A stretch of 64,000 bases of DNA from an uncultured delta proteobacterium. GTDB lineage: Bacteria; Myxococcota; Myxococcia; Myxococcales; Anaeromyxobacteraceae. The position numbers and the translations under genes were made by a program. Within the stretch, counting starts at the first letter, position 1. Every line of letters starts with the position of its first letter. The stretch covers positions 64,001-128,000 of the forward strand of contig CAWHDZ010000018.1 of NCBI GenBank assembly GCA_963828255.1, written 5' to 3'. This document shows positions 19,444 through 29,438 of this stretch, piece after piece. Under the pieces are notes generated by a model that saw only the letters and a list, made by a program, of their open reading frames with translations, did no database searches and was not told where the DNA came from.

Positions 19444-20649
19444 TCACCCCTCGCTGGTCATGATGAACAAGGGCGTCATCTCGAAGCTCTTGTAGTGCGG
19501 CCGGTACCGGTCGGCGTTGTAGAACCGGTCGACGTTCACGACCTTCTTGGTGCTCGTCACGATGTCGAGCGGGATGTTGTCGTACCGGCCGTTCTTCAGC
19601 ACCACCAGGCGGCCGTGGATTCCGGCGAGCAGCAGGTCGAGCGCGAGGTTGCCGTAGGCCATCGGCACGATGGAGTCGACCGCGTCCGGATCGCCGCCGC
19701 GCACCAGGTAGCCCAGCTTCTGGTTGATGATGTGAACTTCCTTGCCCTTGTTGTGCTGCGCGGTGCGCTTCTGGATCTCGGCCGAGACCAGGTCCCCGAT
19801 GCCGCCGAGCTTGGCGTGGCCGAAGGCGTCGGTGGTGCTGCTCTGGAACACCATCTCGCCGCCCTCGTACATCGAGCCCTCCGAGACCAGGCAGATGGCG
19901 TACTTGCTGGGATTTCGGGCGCGGTCGTACATCAGCAGCTCGGCGAGCCGGTCCATGTCGAACTTGTACTCGGGGATCACGCAGCGGTTCGCGGCGCCCG
20001 CCATCGTGGGCAGCATCGCCGTGAAGCCCGCGTAGCGGCCGAACACCTCCAGCACGAGCAACCGCTCGTGGGATCCCGCCGACGTGCGCAGCCGGTTGGC
20101 CATCTCGATGGTGCGCGTGACGCAGGTGCTGAACCCGATGCAGTAGTCGGTCCCGGGAACGTCGTTGTCCATCGTCTTCGGGATCGCGATGACCTTGACG
20201 CCCTCCTTGTACAGGCGCACGCCGTAGCTGAGCGTGTCGTCGCCGCCGATCGGGATGAGGTAGTCGACACCGAGCCAGTCGAGGTTCTTGAGGACCTCCG
20301 GCGTCAGGTCGTTCGTCTTCCCCCTGTACCGATCCTTCAGGTGCTCGGGCACCCCATCGGCCTTCACCGCGCTGGGGCGGGTTCGCGACGTGTGCAGGAA
20401 CGTGCCGCCCGTGCGCCCGGCCCGGTTGACGATCTCCTCGGTCAGGTTCTGGAAGTTGTCGCTGTTGTCGTGATCGTGCTCGCGCACGATGTCGATCGCG
20501 CCCGCCCAGCCGCGTCTCAGCCCGATGACCTCCCAGCCCTCCCGCAACGCCCGGATCGTCACGGCGCGGATGGCCGGATTCAGGCCGGGCACGTCGCCGC
20601 CCCCGGTCAGGATGGCGATCCGCTTCTTGCCGGTGTTCACGTTGGCCAT
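19444..20649 (-). CDS. pfkA: 6-phosphofructokinase (PfkA family)
   Basis: ILTGGGDVPGLNPAIR, GGTFLHTSR, IGGDDT, PKTMDND, EVFGRYAGF, LGYLVRGG. Confidence 0.93.
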   Translation of the reverse strand: MANVNTGKKRIAILTGGGDVPGLNPAIRAVTIRALREGWEVIGLRRGWAGAIDIVREHDHDNSDNFQNLTEEIVNRAGRTGGTFLHTSRTRPSAVKADGVPEHLKDRYRGKTNDLTPEVLKNLDWLGVDYLIPIGGDDTLSYGVRLYKEGVKVIAIPKTMDNDVPGTDYCIGFSTCVTRTIEMANRLRTSAGSHERLLVLEVFGRYAGFTAMLPTMAGAANRCVIPEYKFDMDRLAELLMYDRARNPSKYAICLVSEGSMYEGGEMVFQSSTTDAFGHAKLGGIGDLVSAEIQKRTAQHNKGKEVHIINQKLGYLVRGGDPDAVDSIVPMAYGNLALDLLLAGIHGRLVVLKNGRYDNIPLDIVTSTKKVVNVDRFYNADRYRPHYKSFEMTPLFIMTSEG

Positions 20650-20929
20650 GATGGGTTCCTCCCGTCGGACCGGTCCAGCTTACTCCCAATGGCCCGACGG
20701 GGAGGGTTTCCGGCTCATCCTCGGCCCGTTCCTCCCTGGCGTCGGGGCGGTACGAGTTGACCATTCGTGAACCGACGCTCCCGAAGGGCAAGCAGCCGCC
20801 CCGGTCGGAATCTGCTCGGCGCGAGGGCGCGGGTGATCGGCTCGAAAGAGCGGGGTCGGATGCAAATTGGCCACGCAATGGCCAGGCGGCGTGGGCGCAG
20901 ATGGTTCTCCCCGGCCTGACGGAGGAAGG

Positions 20930-21060
20930 GACTCGAAGGACGCGAACGTGATTCCGGAGACGGTTCGACGGACCTCGCCGCACACCTCGATGATGTCCTC
21001 GGCGAAGAGGCGCCAGTCCTGCGTGACGAGGTCCACCTTCCGGCCCAGGAGGTCAGGCAC
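20930..21060 (-). pseudogene. Fused remnant of an MNT nucleotidyltransferase / HEPN (DUF86) toxin-antitoxin pair
   Basis: DLLGRKVDLVT (MNT C-terminal motif) joined in frame to QDWRLFAEDIIEVCGEVRRTVSGITFASF (DUF86 N-terminus). Confidence 0.7.
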
Positions 21061-21084
21061 CGTGGACGGGAAGCGTGCCGGCAT

Positions 21085-21588
21085 TCATCCCTCCCCAGAC
21101 GAGAAGCTGCCAGCGCCCGCCAGCACGAGGAACTGATCCTGCTGTCCGGGCGCGAAGAGGTACGCCGTCGCCGAGAGTTGCCAGAAGGAGACCCCGATCA
21201 GAGGGCCGCCCTGCACCTCGGTCGAGGCCTGGAAGGCCCGGGGCCGCTGCAACACCACTCCGACACGGAGCCATTCGGGCCCCGTGACGCTGAACTCGGT
21301 CCAGTCGTAGAAGAAGCCCTGGGACGAATCGGCCAGGTCGAACACGTACGCGCTCTGGGACCAGAGCGCGAGCGGGCCCCACTCGAGCGTGAAGGAAAGG
21401 TTCCAGCCGATCCAGGCCGATCCGGCATTGCGCGCCTCGTAGTCGTATCGCGCTCCCAGGTGAAGGGATCCACGGTCCACCGTCAGGGTCGGTTGCAGGT
21501 AGTCCCTCTCGTCGCGGAGGACGTACCACAGGACGGAGGGACCCCATTCCCAAGCAGGCGCGTCCGCCGAGTTCGCAAGACCCGTCAT
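21085..21588 (-). CDS. Outer-membrane beta-strand-rich hypothetical protein, probably truncated
   Basis: Alternating aromatic strands (LHLGARYDYE, FFYDWTEFSV); no clear signal peptide. Confidence 0.55.
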   Translation of the reverse strand: MTGLANSADAPAWEWGPSVLWYVLRDERDYLQPTLTVDRGSLHLGARYDYEARNAGSAWIGWNLSFTLEWGPLALWSQSAYVFDLADSSQGFFYDWTEFSVTGPEWLRVGVVLQRPRAFQASTEVQGGPLIGVSFWQLSATAYLFAPGQQDQFLVLAGAGSFSSGEG

Positions 21589-21620
21589 GCTGTCACGACG
21601 GCGAGCAGGACGTTCACACG

Positions 21621-21897
21621 ATGCTCGTCGCCGCCCTGACCTGCAACCTGGCCTGGGGCCTCGTCGATGGCGTCATGTACGTCCTCACCTCGGTCGCCGA
21701 ACGGGCGCGCCGGGTGGCCGTCTTGCTGGGGATCCGCGCCGCCGATCCAGTGGCGTGCTGGTGGTGCTCGCCACCCTCCCCCCGACCATTCCGTTCATGC
21801 TCGTCGCCGATGCCCAGCGTGCGCTCCGGATCTCCAACGGGGTGGCCGTGGCCAGCCTCTTCCTCGCGGGCTTCTGGCTGGGACGGGCCACCCGGTC
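21621..21897 (+). pseudogene. VIT1/CCC1-like membrane protein fragment
   Basis: ALTCNLAWGLVDGVMYV, then a frame change to ATLPPTIPFML...ALRISNGVAVASLFLAGF. Confidence 0.65.
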
Positions 21898-23224
21898 ACC
21901 AGTCGAAGAAGTAGGCGAGCCCCATCCCGACCTCGTACTTGTAGAACTGGGCCGCCGCCGCCTGCGTGAGCGTGGCCTGGTACCACGCGGAGATCGACAG
22001 GGATTTCTGACGGTCGACGAAGAAGCCCGCCATGCCCTTCATGAGGGGGATGAAGGTCCCGGTGGCGAAGTTCCATCCCAGCCGCGTGTCGAGCGCGACG
22101 AACGACCTGCCGGGGAGGTTGGCCACCAGGATGGGCTCCAGCACGAGCAGGTTCAGCTCCGGGTAGGTCTCGCTTCCGCCCAGGGAGCGAAACCACTGGA
22201 CCTGCGTCGTGATCGAGAACCACCGGGTCAGCGCGATCCCGATCGCGTAGGAGGGCACGAGCGCCCACGGGCCCCCGATGACGGGCGTGGAGGCCGTCTC
22301 GATCTGCAGCCCGAGCGCCAGGAACTGCCGGACGCCCTTGCCGCTCATGAAGTTCCAGGCGAAGGCCGTGGAGACGGCTCCCAGGCCGAACTGGGTCGGT
22401 GCGTCGGCCGCGTAGGGAAAGAGCGCGGTGACGGGGACCTTGAACTGGAGGGCGAACTCGCTCGAACTGCCGAAGACGAACTGCGGATTGAAGAGCATCC
22501 GGCCGGCGTTGCCCTTCCCGCCCAGCGACTGGAAGCTGTCCACCTGGAGGAGCACCTGGCTCCGGGAGAAGGCCACCGAGTCGAGCCCCTGGAGGATCTC
22601 GAGCGCCTCCCGGACCCGGTCCCGGCTCCCCATCTCCTCGACGGTCTCGGCGACCGCCGCTGCCTCGGCGACGACCTGGAAGTCGGTGGCCCTGCACTCC
22701 GGAGAGATGCGCGCCTCGTTGGCCTCGACGCACTCGAGTAGCGGGCCTGCCTGCTGCGGGACGTCGCTGCAGAGCCTCGCGAGGTCCTTCGTGCATGCAC
22801 TGCGGAAGGCCTCCAGCCGTTCGCGCGCCACCCCGATGCGTTCCACCTCCCCCTGGCAGGCGCGGGAGACCTCCAGCTGGTGCCGGCTCAGGCAGGCCAG
22901 CACCCTGCCCCCGCCCGGCTCCACGGCCGCGCAGTACTGGTCCAGGTCGGTCTTGCACGCCTGGAGGAAGTCCCGGACGAACCTCCTCGCAGACACATCG
23001 TCGGCCTCGAGCTTGGCCCGGCAGGCCTCCCCGAGAGCGTCCTGGTTCGCCTTGAGACACTTCCGCACGGCCCCCTTGCCGAGACCGAAGCCGGGGCAGA
23101 GGCGAACGATGTCGTCCATGCAAGGATCCGCGGCCATGGCCGGGGAGGCGAAGGCGGCGAGCAGGAGGACGGCGGCTGCGGCGGCGCGAACTCCGGCGCG
23201 CCCGGGGAATCGAGTCTCCTTCAC
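21896..23224 (-). CDS. Secreted protein: three Cys-rich (GLG1/Cys_rich_FGFR-like) repeats plus a C-terminal beta-barrel-like domain
   Basis: Signal peptide; CxxDxxxxC...CL......S..C repeats; amphipathic strands ending YEVGMGLAYFFDW. Confidence 0.75.
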   Translation of the reverse strand: MKETRFPGRAGVRAAAAAVLLLAAFASPAMAADPCMDDIVRLCPGFGLGKGAVRKCLKANQDALGEACRAKLEADDVSARRFVRDFLQACKTDLDQYCAAVEPGGGRVLACLSRHQLEVSRACQGEVERIGVARERLEAFRSACTKDLARLCSDVPQQAGPLLECVEANEARISPECRATDFQVVAEAAAVAETVEEMGSRDRVREALEILQGLDSVAFSRSQVLLQVDSFQSLGGKGNAGRMLFNPQFVFGSSSEFALQFKVPVTALFPYAADAPTQFGLGAVSTAFAWNFMSGKGVRQFLALGLQIETASTPVIGGPWALVPSYAIGIALTRWFSITTQVQWFRSLGGSETYPELNLLVLEPILVANLPGRSFVALDTRLGWNFATGTFIPLMKGMAGFFVDRQKSLSISAWYQATLTQAAAAQFYKYEVGMGLAYFFDW

Positions 23225-24658
23225 CGGTCCTCCTCGAACACCGCCTTCACGGTGCCCTTGCGAACCGCGCGCTCGAGGGCGGCGTGGTCCTTCTCGTTCT
23301 GGTCGGCGTAGGCCATGGAGAAGGCCGCGATGGCCTCGTCGAAGACCTCGCTCTTCCCCATGTAGCCGCTCAGCACCGCGGAAAGCCCGGACCGGGCATG
23401 GGAAAGCGCCAGGGCCTTGCCGCACCAGCTCGCGTAGAGGTCCATCAGGGTCTCGTCGAAGGTCTCCACCCGGACGCTGACCTTGATGTCCCGGAGCTGA
23501 CGCACGAAGAAGTCGCGTTCCGGCCCCGCGTCCAACCGAGGAACATGTCGCTCGCCGGCTGCATGCGCCGATAACCGTCCACCACGCGCTGGCCGTGGTT
23601 CGGAAAGATGGTCTTTCCCGCATAGCGCTCCAGGACGGAAGGCCGTGCCTCCTTGACCTGGAGGAAGAGTGGATCGCCCTCTCCGGCCATGAAGAGCAGC
23701 ACCCAGCAGGCGGTCCCCACGCTGCCGATCCCGACGACCTTGATGGCGGCGTCCCGGAGCTCGTAGCGGTCGAACAGGGATTGATACGCGGAAGGGAGCG
23801 TGGCGCGGTAGCCAGCGATGGCGTCCCGCACGGCCTGCTGGATGTCGCCGGGGGGGTGATCCTTATGGTGGAAGATGGTCGGGAGCTGGTCCCGGATGAG
23901 AGGCATCTCGCCCTTCTGCTCGACGAGCTTCGGGAAGATCTCCTCGGCCCTGCTCTTACCCCGCTCCTTCTCCAGCCGGTCGACGACCCGCCTGTGCACC
24001 ACCGGGTCCTTGATGGTGCGCAGCAGGTCACGCGCCTCCACCGACTCGTACCAGAGCTCGAGGGTCCCGAGCTTGCTGTACCCGGCCATGACCTCGCGGT
24101 AGGTCCGCACGCAGGTGGTGACGACGCCCTTGGCCGCCGCGTCCTTCAGGCCGTTGTCCCGGCACGCCACGACGAAGCTCGCCGCCAGGCGCTTCACGTC
24201 CCATTCCCACGGCGCCGGCAGCGTCTCGTCGAGGTCGTTGATGGAGAAGATGACCCTCCGCTCCGGGGTGGCGAACCCGCCGAAGTTGGAGAGGTGCGCA
24301 TCCCCGCAGCACTGGACGTGGATCCCGGACGCCGGCGTGGAGGCCAGGTCGGCCGCCATCGGGAGGGCCGAACCGCGATAGAACGTGAACGCCGAGCGGA
24401 CCATGCGGCCGTGACGGAGGGGGAGCAGTTCCGGCATCCGGCCCTTCTCCGCCGCCAGCACCATCTCGATGGGGTCCCGCGGCCGGCGGGCGGCTTCCAG
24501 ACGCCGTGCGACTCCCGGGGCAGACCTTCCGCAGGGCCTTGCCCTCGGCATACCGCTCCTCTTGCGACAGGTCCAGGTGCGGTCGCGGCGGACCTTCGAC
24601 ACCGGGACGTCCTGCTTCGTCGGGGCTTCGCGTCGCCGTTCTTCTTCGTCTGCGCCAT
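23221..24658 (-). pseudogene. DUF2252 family protein with multiple frameshifts
   Basis: RHGRMVRSAFTFYRG, CGDAHLSNFG, INDLDE, KVVGIGSVG, LQVKEA, RQLRD; single-base indels near 24624, 24518, 24478 and 23525. Confidence 0.85.
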
Positions 24659-24681
24659 CGGGAGAACTCCCTTCGCCGGAT

Positions 24682-26430
24682 TCAGGCACTTCGTGTGCTG
24701 CGCTGGAATTCGTCGACGACGTCGGCCACCGAGACCCTGCGGTCGATGGGTCCGACGTGCTCCTCCAGCTTCTCCGCGCGCAGGATGTCCCGGACCGCGG
24801 CGCGCGCCTCGACGAGCCGAAGCTTCGCCCCCGTCTCCGTCAGGGCGGACTGCATGGCGTCGAGCATGCGCACCCCGGCGAGGTCGACCATGGGGGAGGA
24901 CGAGAGGTCGAGCACGACCACCCCCGGCGGCTCGGTGCAGGAGCGGATCTTCCCCCAGACGGTGTCCTGGACGTGCTCGGCGTTGAAGTACAGGATGGAG
25001 GCCTCGACGCGGACCACCAGCGCGCCCGGAACCTCCTCGTTGTCGGGGTTGCGCTCCAGGTCGGAGAAGACCCTGGTTCCTGGGATACGCCCGAGGAACG
25101 CGACGTTGGGGCGGGCTGCGCGCCGGATGAGCAGCAGGAGGGAGACCAGGACCGCCACCATCACGCCCTGGAGGATGCCGAGCAGCAACACCGCGGCGAA
25201 TGCGACCATCGACACCACGAACTCGTAGCGGCTCACCCGCCAGACGTGGCGCAGCTCGCGGACGTCGACGAGCCCCTTCACGGCGACCAGCACGATGGCC
25301 GCGAGCACGACGGTGGGCAGGTTGGCGAGCATCCCCGTCAGGAACATCAGACACAGCCCGATGGTCACCGAGGCGAAGACCAGGGCCAGCGGCGTCCGGG
25401 CGCCCGCCTTGTCGTTCACCGAGGACTGCGACAGGCCGCCGGCCACCGGATAGGAGAGGAACAGCGCCGCCGCCAGGTTCGCGGCGCCCAGCCCGAGCAG
25501 TTCCTGGCGCGGATCGACCTCCTCGCGATGCGCCTGCGCCAGCGCCCGGGCCGCGGAGACGCTCTCCACGTAGGCGAGCAGCATGCAGGCGAACGCCAGC
25601 GGGACCACCCCCTCCACGTCCCGAAGCCTCAATGCCGGCAGGTGAAAGCCGGGCAGGCCCTGTGGCAGCGCGCCGACGATCTTGAAGCCGAGGTCTCCCA
25701 GCGAGGTCACCGACAGCAGGACGATGGAGACCGCGACCACGAGCAGGGCGATCGGTCGCCCCGGCAGGAACTTCTCCCCCAGCAGGAGGACGGCGAGCGC
25801 GGCAAGGCCGAATCCCAGCACCGGGAGGCTGGTGTCGGGGAGCTGGGCCCAGAGGATCCCGGTGCGCTCGAAGAAGCTCTCCCCGCCGCCCTTCACGCCG
25901 AAGAGCTTGGGGAGCTGCGTCATCGCGATCGTGAGCGCCGCCCCGGCCTTGAATCCGAGGAGGATGGTCTCGCTGATGAAGTTCACGAGCGAGCTCAGGC
26001 GCAGGAGCCACGCCAGCAGGCACATGGCGGCGATCACCAGGGCGGTCAGCGCCGCGATGTCGGCCCACCGGGCCGGATCGCCCCCCGCCATGCCTGCGAC
26101 CGTGGCGCCGACGAGCATCGAGATCGCGGAGGTGGGACCGATGGCGAGCTGGCGGGACGAACCGAGGAGCGCGTAGGCGAGGCCCCCCGCCAGGTAGCCG
26201 TAGATGCCGTACTGCGGCGGCAACCCGGCCAGCGAGGCGTAGGCGAGCGACACGGGGATGCCGTAGGCGGCCAGCGTCACGCCGGCGATGGCGTCATTGG
26301 TCAGCCACCGCGGCTGGTACGAAGCAAGCCACCGGGCCGGAGGGAAGACCGCGCGCCAGCCTGCGACGAGCCCCTCGCCCCCGGGTCCCTGCCTCGCCTG
26401 TGCCTCGCCAGGCGCGCGTCCTCGCGCCAT
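24682..26430 (-). CDS. SulP family anion transporter with STAS domain
   Basis: DAIAGVTL, AYASLAGLPPQYGIY, GSSRQLAIGPTS, QELLGLGAAN, GARTPLA, LYFNA, DLSSSPMVD. Confidence 0.93.
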   Translation of the reverse strand: MARGRAPGEAQARQGPGGEGLVAGWRAVFPPARWLASYQPRWLTNDAIAGVTLAAYGIPVSLAYASLAGLPPQYGIYGYLAGGLAYALLGSSRQLAIGPTSAISMLVGATVAGMAGGDPARWADIAALTALVIAAMCLLAWLLRLSSLVNFISETILLGFKAGAALTIAMTQLPKLFGVKGGGESFFERTGILWAQLPDTSLPVLGFGLAALAVLLLGEKFLPGRPIALLVVAVSIVLLSVTSLGDLGFKIVGALPQGLPGFHLPALRLRDVEGVVPLAFACMLLAYVESVSAARALAQAHREEVDPRQELLGLGAANLAAALFLSYPVAGGLSQSSVNDKAGARTPLALVFASVTIGLCLMFLTGMLANLPTVVLAAIVLVAVKGLVDVRELRHVWRVSRYEFVVSMVAFAAVLLLGILQGVMVAVLVSLLLLIRRAARPNVAFLGRIPGTRVFSDLERNPDNEEVPGALVVRVEASILYFNAEHVQDTVWGKIRSCTEPPGVVVLDLSSSPMVDLAGVRMLDAMQSALTETGAKLRLVEARAAVRDILRAEKLEEHVGPIDRRVSVADVVDEFQRSTRSA

Positions 26431-26432
26431 CG

Positions 26433-27464
26433 CTAGTTCCAGTAGTACCGGAAGTTCACCCAGGCGAGCGTGGCCGTCGAGGTCTGCTGGGTCTCGAGCG
26501 TGCTCCACTTCCAGTCGATCTCGACGCCCAGGGCCAGGTTCGGACGGCCGGTGTAGTAGAACCCGAAGCCCGCCTCGTTGGCGGTCGGAACCTTGTTGCC
26601 GCCGACCCCGCTGGTGAGCTGGTAGGCCACGTTCACGCCAAGCGGCAGCCACCGCACGAGCGGCAGGAAGTCGAACTCCCCGGCCCCCGCGAAGGTCATG
26701 CCGTTCTGCGCGATGGAGGCGTCCCCGGTCTTGGTCGGCGCGATGAACTGCACGTTCCCGGTGAATCCCAGGTACGGGGTGGGCGCCCAGGACCCCGAGA
26801 GCCCTCCGAGCCAGGTCACCGTGTTGATGGTCTGGAATCCCGAGCCGAGGTCGATGGTGCACTGGGACGGGTTGGCCCTGCAGTTGTTCAGGGCGTCGAC
26901 GAGCCCGTTCACGAGGAGGAGGGAGTAGACCGGCCCGTAGCTCACGTCGAGGGTCGCCGCGAACCGCCAGTTGTCCCCCACGGGGAGGCTGCCCTTCACG
27001 CCCACCGCGCCGGTGATCCGCGCCGAGGTGCCGATCGTGAGCGCCGCGCCGCTGCCGGTGCCGAGATAGGCGGTCGTGTTGAGCAGGGCCCGCGCCGAGA
27101 GGTACTCGAGGATCCGGACGTTCATGAGCATTCCGAGCCCGAGCCCGGTGTAGCCGTACCACTTCTCCCCGATGATGGCGGGTGGCAGGAGCTGGACCTC
27201 CGGGCCGAGGGCATTCCCCGACCCCAGGCCGAAGAACATGGCGAAGGCCGTGTAGGAGAACGGGTCCTCGATGATGTGCGAGGGCATGAAGAGGTGCCCG
27301 TTCAGCTCGCGACCCAGCTTTTCGGCGGGCGCAGGTGCGGTTGCCGTGGTGGCAGAGGGAGCGGCTCGGGTGGGGACGGTTTCCTGCGCCTGGGCCGTCG
27401 GAGCGGAGAACACGAGGGCGACGGCTACCAGGGACATCGAGATCTTCGGGTGGAAAGCGTTCAC
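26433..27464 (-). CDS. Putative outer-membrane beta-barrel protein
   Basis: Signal peptide; amphipathic strands; aromatic C-terminus VNFRYYWN. Confidence 0.7.
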   Translation of the reverse strand: MNAFHPKISMSLVAVALVFSAPTAQAQETVPTRAAPSATTATAPAPAEKLGRELNGHLFMPSHIIEDPFSYTAFAMFFGLGSGNALGPEVQLLPPAIIGEKWYGYTGLGLGMLMNVRILEYLSARALLNTTAYLGTGSGAALTIGTSARITGAVGVKGSLPVGDNWRFAATLDVSYGPVYSLLLVNGLVDALNNCRANPSQCTIDLGSGFQTINTVTWLGGLSGSWAPTPYLGFTGNVQFIAPTKTGDASIAQNGMTFAGAGEFDFLPLVRWLPLGVNVAYQLTSGVGGNKVPTANEAGFGFYYTGRPNLALGVEIDWKWSTLETQQTSTATLAWVNFRYYWN

Positions 27465-27491
27465 GGTTTCTCCTGGTGTGGATGGTGTTGA

Positions 27492-29438
27492 CTAGTCGGA
27501 CGACCCGCCGAAGTACTTGCGCGCGTCGAGGCGGAAGCGGAGGTAGATGTTCCAGCTCGGCCCCAGGCTGAAGGGCTCGCCGGTGGCTCTGTAGGTCACG
27601 TCCATCGGGAACTCGACGTTGAAACCAAGCTGGAACTCGGCCGCGAGCGCGAGCGTGGTCGCGAAGACCCGTGGCGGAACGAATTCGAGGACCGGAAAGT
27701 CGAGCTCCAGCGAGTTGTGGTTGATCACCTTCGCGTCGGCCGCGCTCGCGGTGGGCGTGTAGATGAACTGGTTCGTGTGGCCGGTGAAGCCCCACAGCGT
27801 GAAACCGACCTCACGCCCCGCCATGAACTGGAAGCTTCCGATGGCGGTCTCCCACTTGCGCTGGACCGGGAGGATCCCGCCTCCGGCGGCCGCGAAGACC
27901 ACCTCGGTGAGCGTCTGCGGGGAGGTGAACATGAGCACCGGACCGAGAACGATGAGGTCGAAGGGCAGCACGTAGAACGGCATCCGCATCGAGAGCTTCA
28001 GGGCCGACCGCGAGCCCACGCGCGGGATTGCCGGGTCGGTCCGCCTCCCGATCCCGGTGCAGGTCGTGCACCCGAGGTCGAGCTGGACAGGGCCCGCCAC
28101 CAGCTCGCCCTGGAGCCAGATCTGCCCGTCCATGTTGCTCGTGATGACCCCCTCGAGCCCGATGCCGACCCGGGCGCCGATCTCGAACTCCGACCGGATG
28201 CGGGTGTTGTTCCAGCTGTCGTAGCCGCCCATGGCGAGCCCGAGGGTGTAGCCGGAGATCGCGCCCACGAAGGGCCCGATCTCGGCGCGGGAGCGCGGAG
28301 GGTGGATCTCGTCCTTGCCGCCCGCCGGGATCGGGGTGCCCTGGAGGACCATCTGGGTTGCGCTCCGGGCCACCGGCTGGTCCGGCGTAGGCGGCAGGTA
28401 CTCCTCCTTGCAGAAGTTGAAGGCTACGATCGTCTTCTCGGCGGGGGAGAGCGGTTCGGCCGGGAGCGGGAAGCGCCCCTCGGCGGCGGTCGCGATCTGG
28501 GCCAGGCTCTGGCGCACGGTCGCCGCGGCCACCTTCATGTCCTGCTCGCTCATGTGGCCGTCGCCGTGGCTGGCGAAGAGGTCGCCCTTCCATGTCATCG
28601 TCGTGAGGCCGATGGTGGAGTAGAGATCATGGGTGCCCTTCTGCCAGGCGGCCCCACCCCAGGTGGCGGCATAGTGGCCCGCGGAGAAGGAGTCCTCGAG
28701 GAAGTGGAGGGCCACCCCCTCGGCGAGGAGCGCCCGAGCGCCGAGTTCCGCCCGCTCGGCCTCCGGCGCCGCGTGGTACAGGGCGGCGTAGCGCAGGGCC
28801 AGCATGTGGTACAGGGCGTAGAGCCCGGTGGCGTTGATCTCGGTGCCCGGCGAGAGCACCCGGTCGAGGTACTTGCCGAGGTCCTCCTTGGCCGCCACGG
28901 GCGCCCGGGGGAAGAGGAAGTGGGCGTTGTTGCCCTCGGCTCGCGTGAGGTATCGCGGGTCCACGTACTGCATGGCCAGGTGGGACAGGCTCAGGAAATC
29001 GGTGCGCTGGGCCTCGTCCTTCGAGCTCGCGAGGCGCTCCTTCGTCTTCGCCGCCACCCACACCACCTTCGCCGCCCACGGCTCCTTGGCGGCGTCGGAC
29101 CACAGTTCCGCGGCGGTGCAGGAGTGGTCGCCCGCGAGCGCCGGGAAGGCGGCGAAGTCGACGCAGACCTTGTCCCACTCGCCTCTCGGGACGTTGGTCG
29201 GCTCGGACCCGGGGTCGACGACCTTCTCGCAGACCTGCTTGCCCCCGATCGCGCGAACCCCCACCCACATCTGGTCGATGGTCTTCTTCTGCGCAGCCGG
29301 GAGATCGCGGAGTGCCTCGGCGGCGATGTCCCGGTGCTCCGGCCAGATCCAGGCGGCCGCCGACGTCGGGAGCAGCGTCGCCGCAAGGAGGAACAGGACG
29401 GTGGCGGCGAATCCAGCTCCAGCAGTGCGCGGTTTCAC
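27492..29438 (-). CDS. Secreted Zn-dependent phospholipase C/P1-nuclease-like domain plus a beta-rich C-terminal domain
   Basis: Signal peptide AAA|WIWPEH (N-terminal W and H), AGDH, NNAHF, LHFLEDSFSAGH, THD. Confidence 0.6.
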   Translation of the reverse strand: MKPRTAGAGFAATVLFLLAATLLPTSAAAWIWPEHRDIAAEALRDLPAAQKKTIDQMWVGVRAIGGKQVCEKVVDPGSEPTNVPRGEWDKVCVDFAAFPALAGDHSCTAAELWSDAAKEPWAAKVVWVAAKTKERLASSKDEAQRTDFLSLSHLAMQYVDPRYLTRAEGNNAHFLFPRAPVAAKEDLGKYLDRVLSPGTEINATGLYALYHMLALRYAALYHAAPEAERAELGARALLAEGVALHFLEDSFSAGHYAATWGGAAWQKGTHDLYSTIGLTTMTWKGDLFASHGDGHMSEQDMKVAAATVRQSLAQIATAAEGRFPLPAEPLSPAEKTIVAFNFCKEEYLPPTPDQPVARSATQMVLQGTPIPAGGKDEIHPPRSRAEIGPFVGAISGYTLGLAMGGYDSWNNTRIRSEFEIGARVGIGLEGVITSNMDGQIWLQGELVAGPVQLDLGCTTCTGIGRRTDPAIPRVGSRSALKLSMRMPFYVLPFDLIVLGPVLMFTSPQTLTEVVFAAAGGGILPVQRKWETAIGSFQFMAGREVGFTLWGFTGHTNQFIYTPTASAADAKVINHNSLELDFPVLEFVPPRVFATTLALAAEFQLGFNVEFPMDVTYRATGEPFSLGPSWNIYLRFRLDARKYFGGSSD

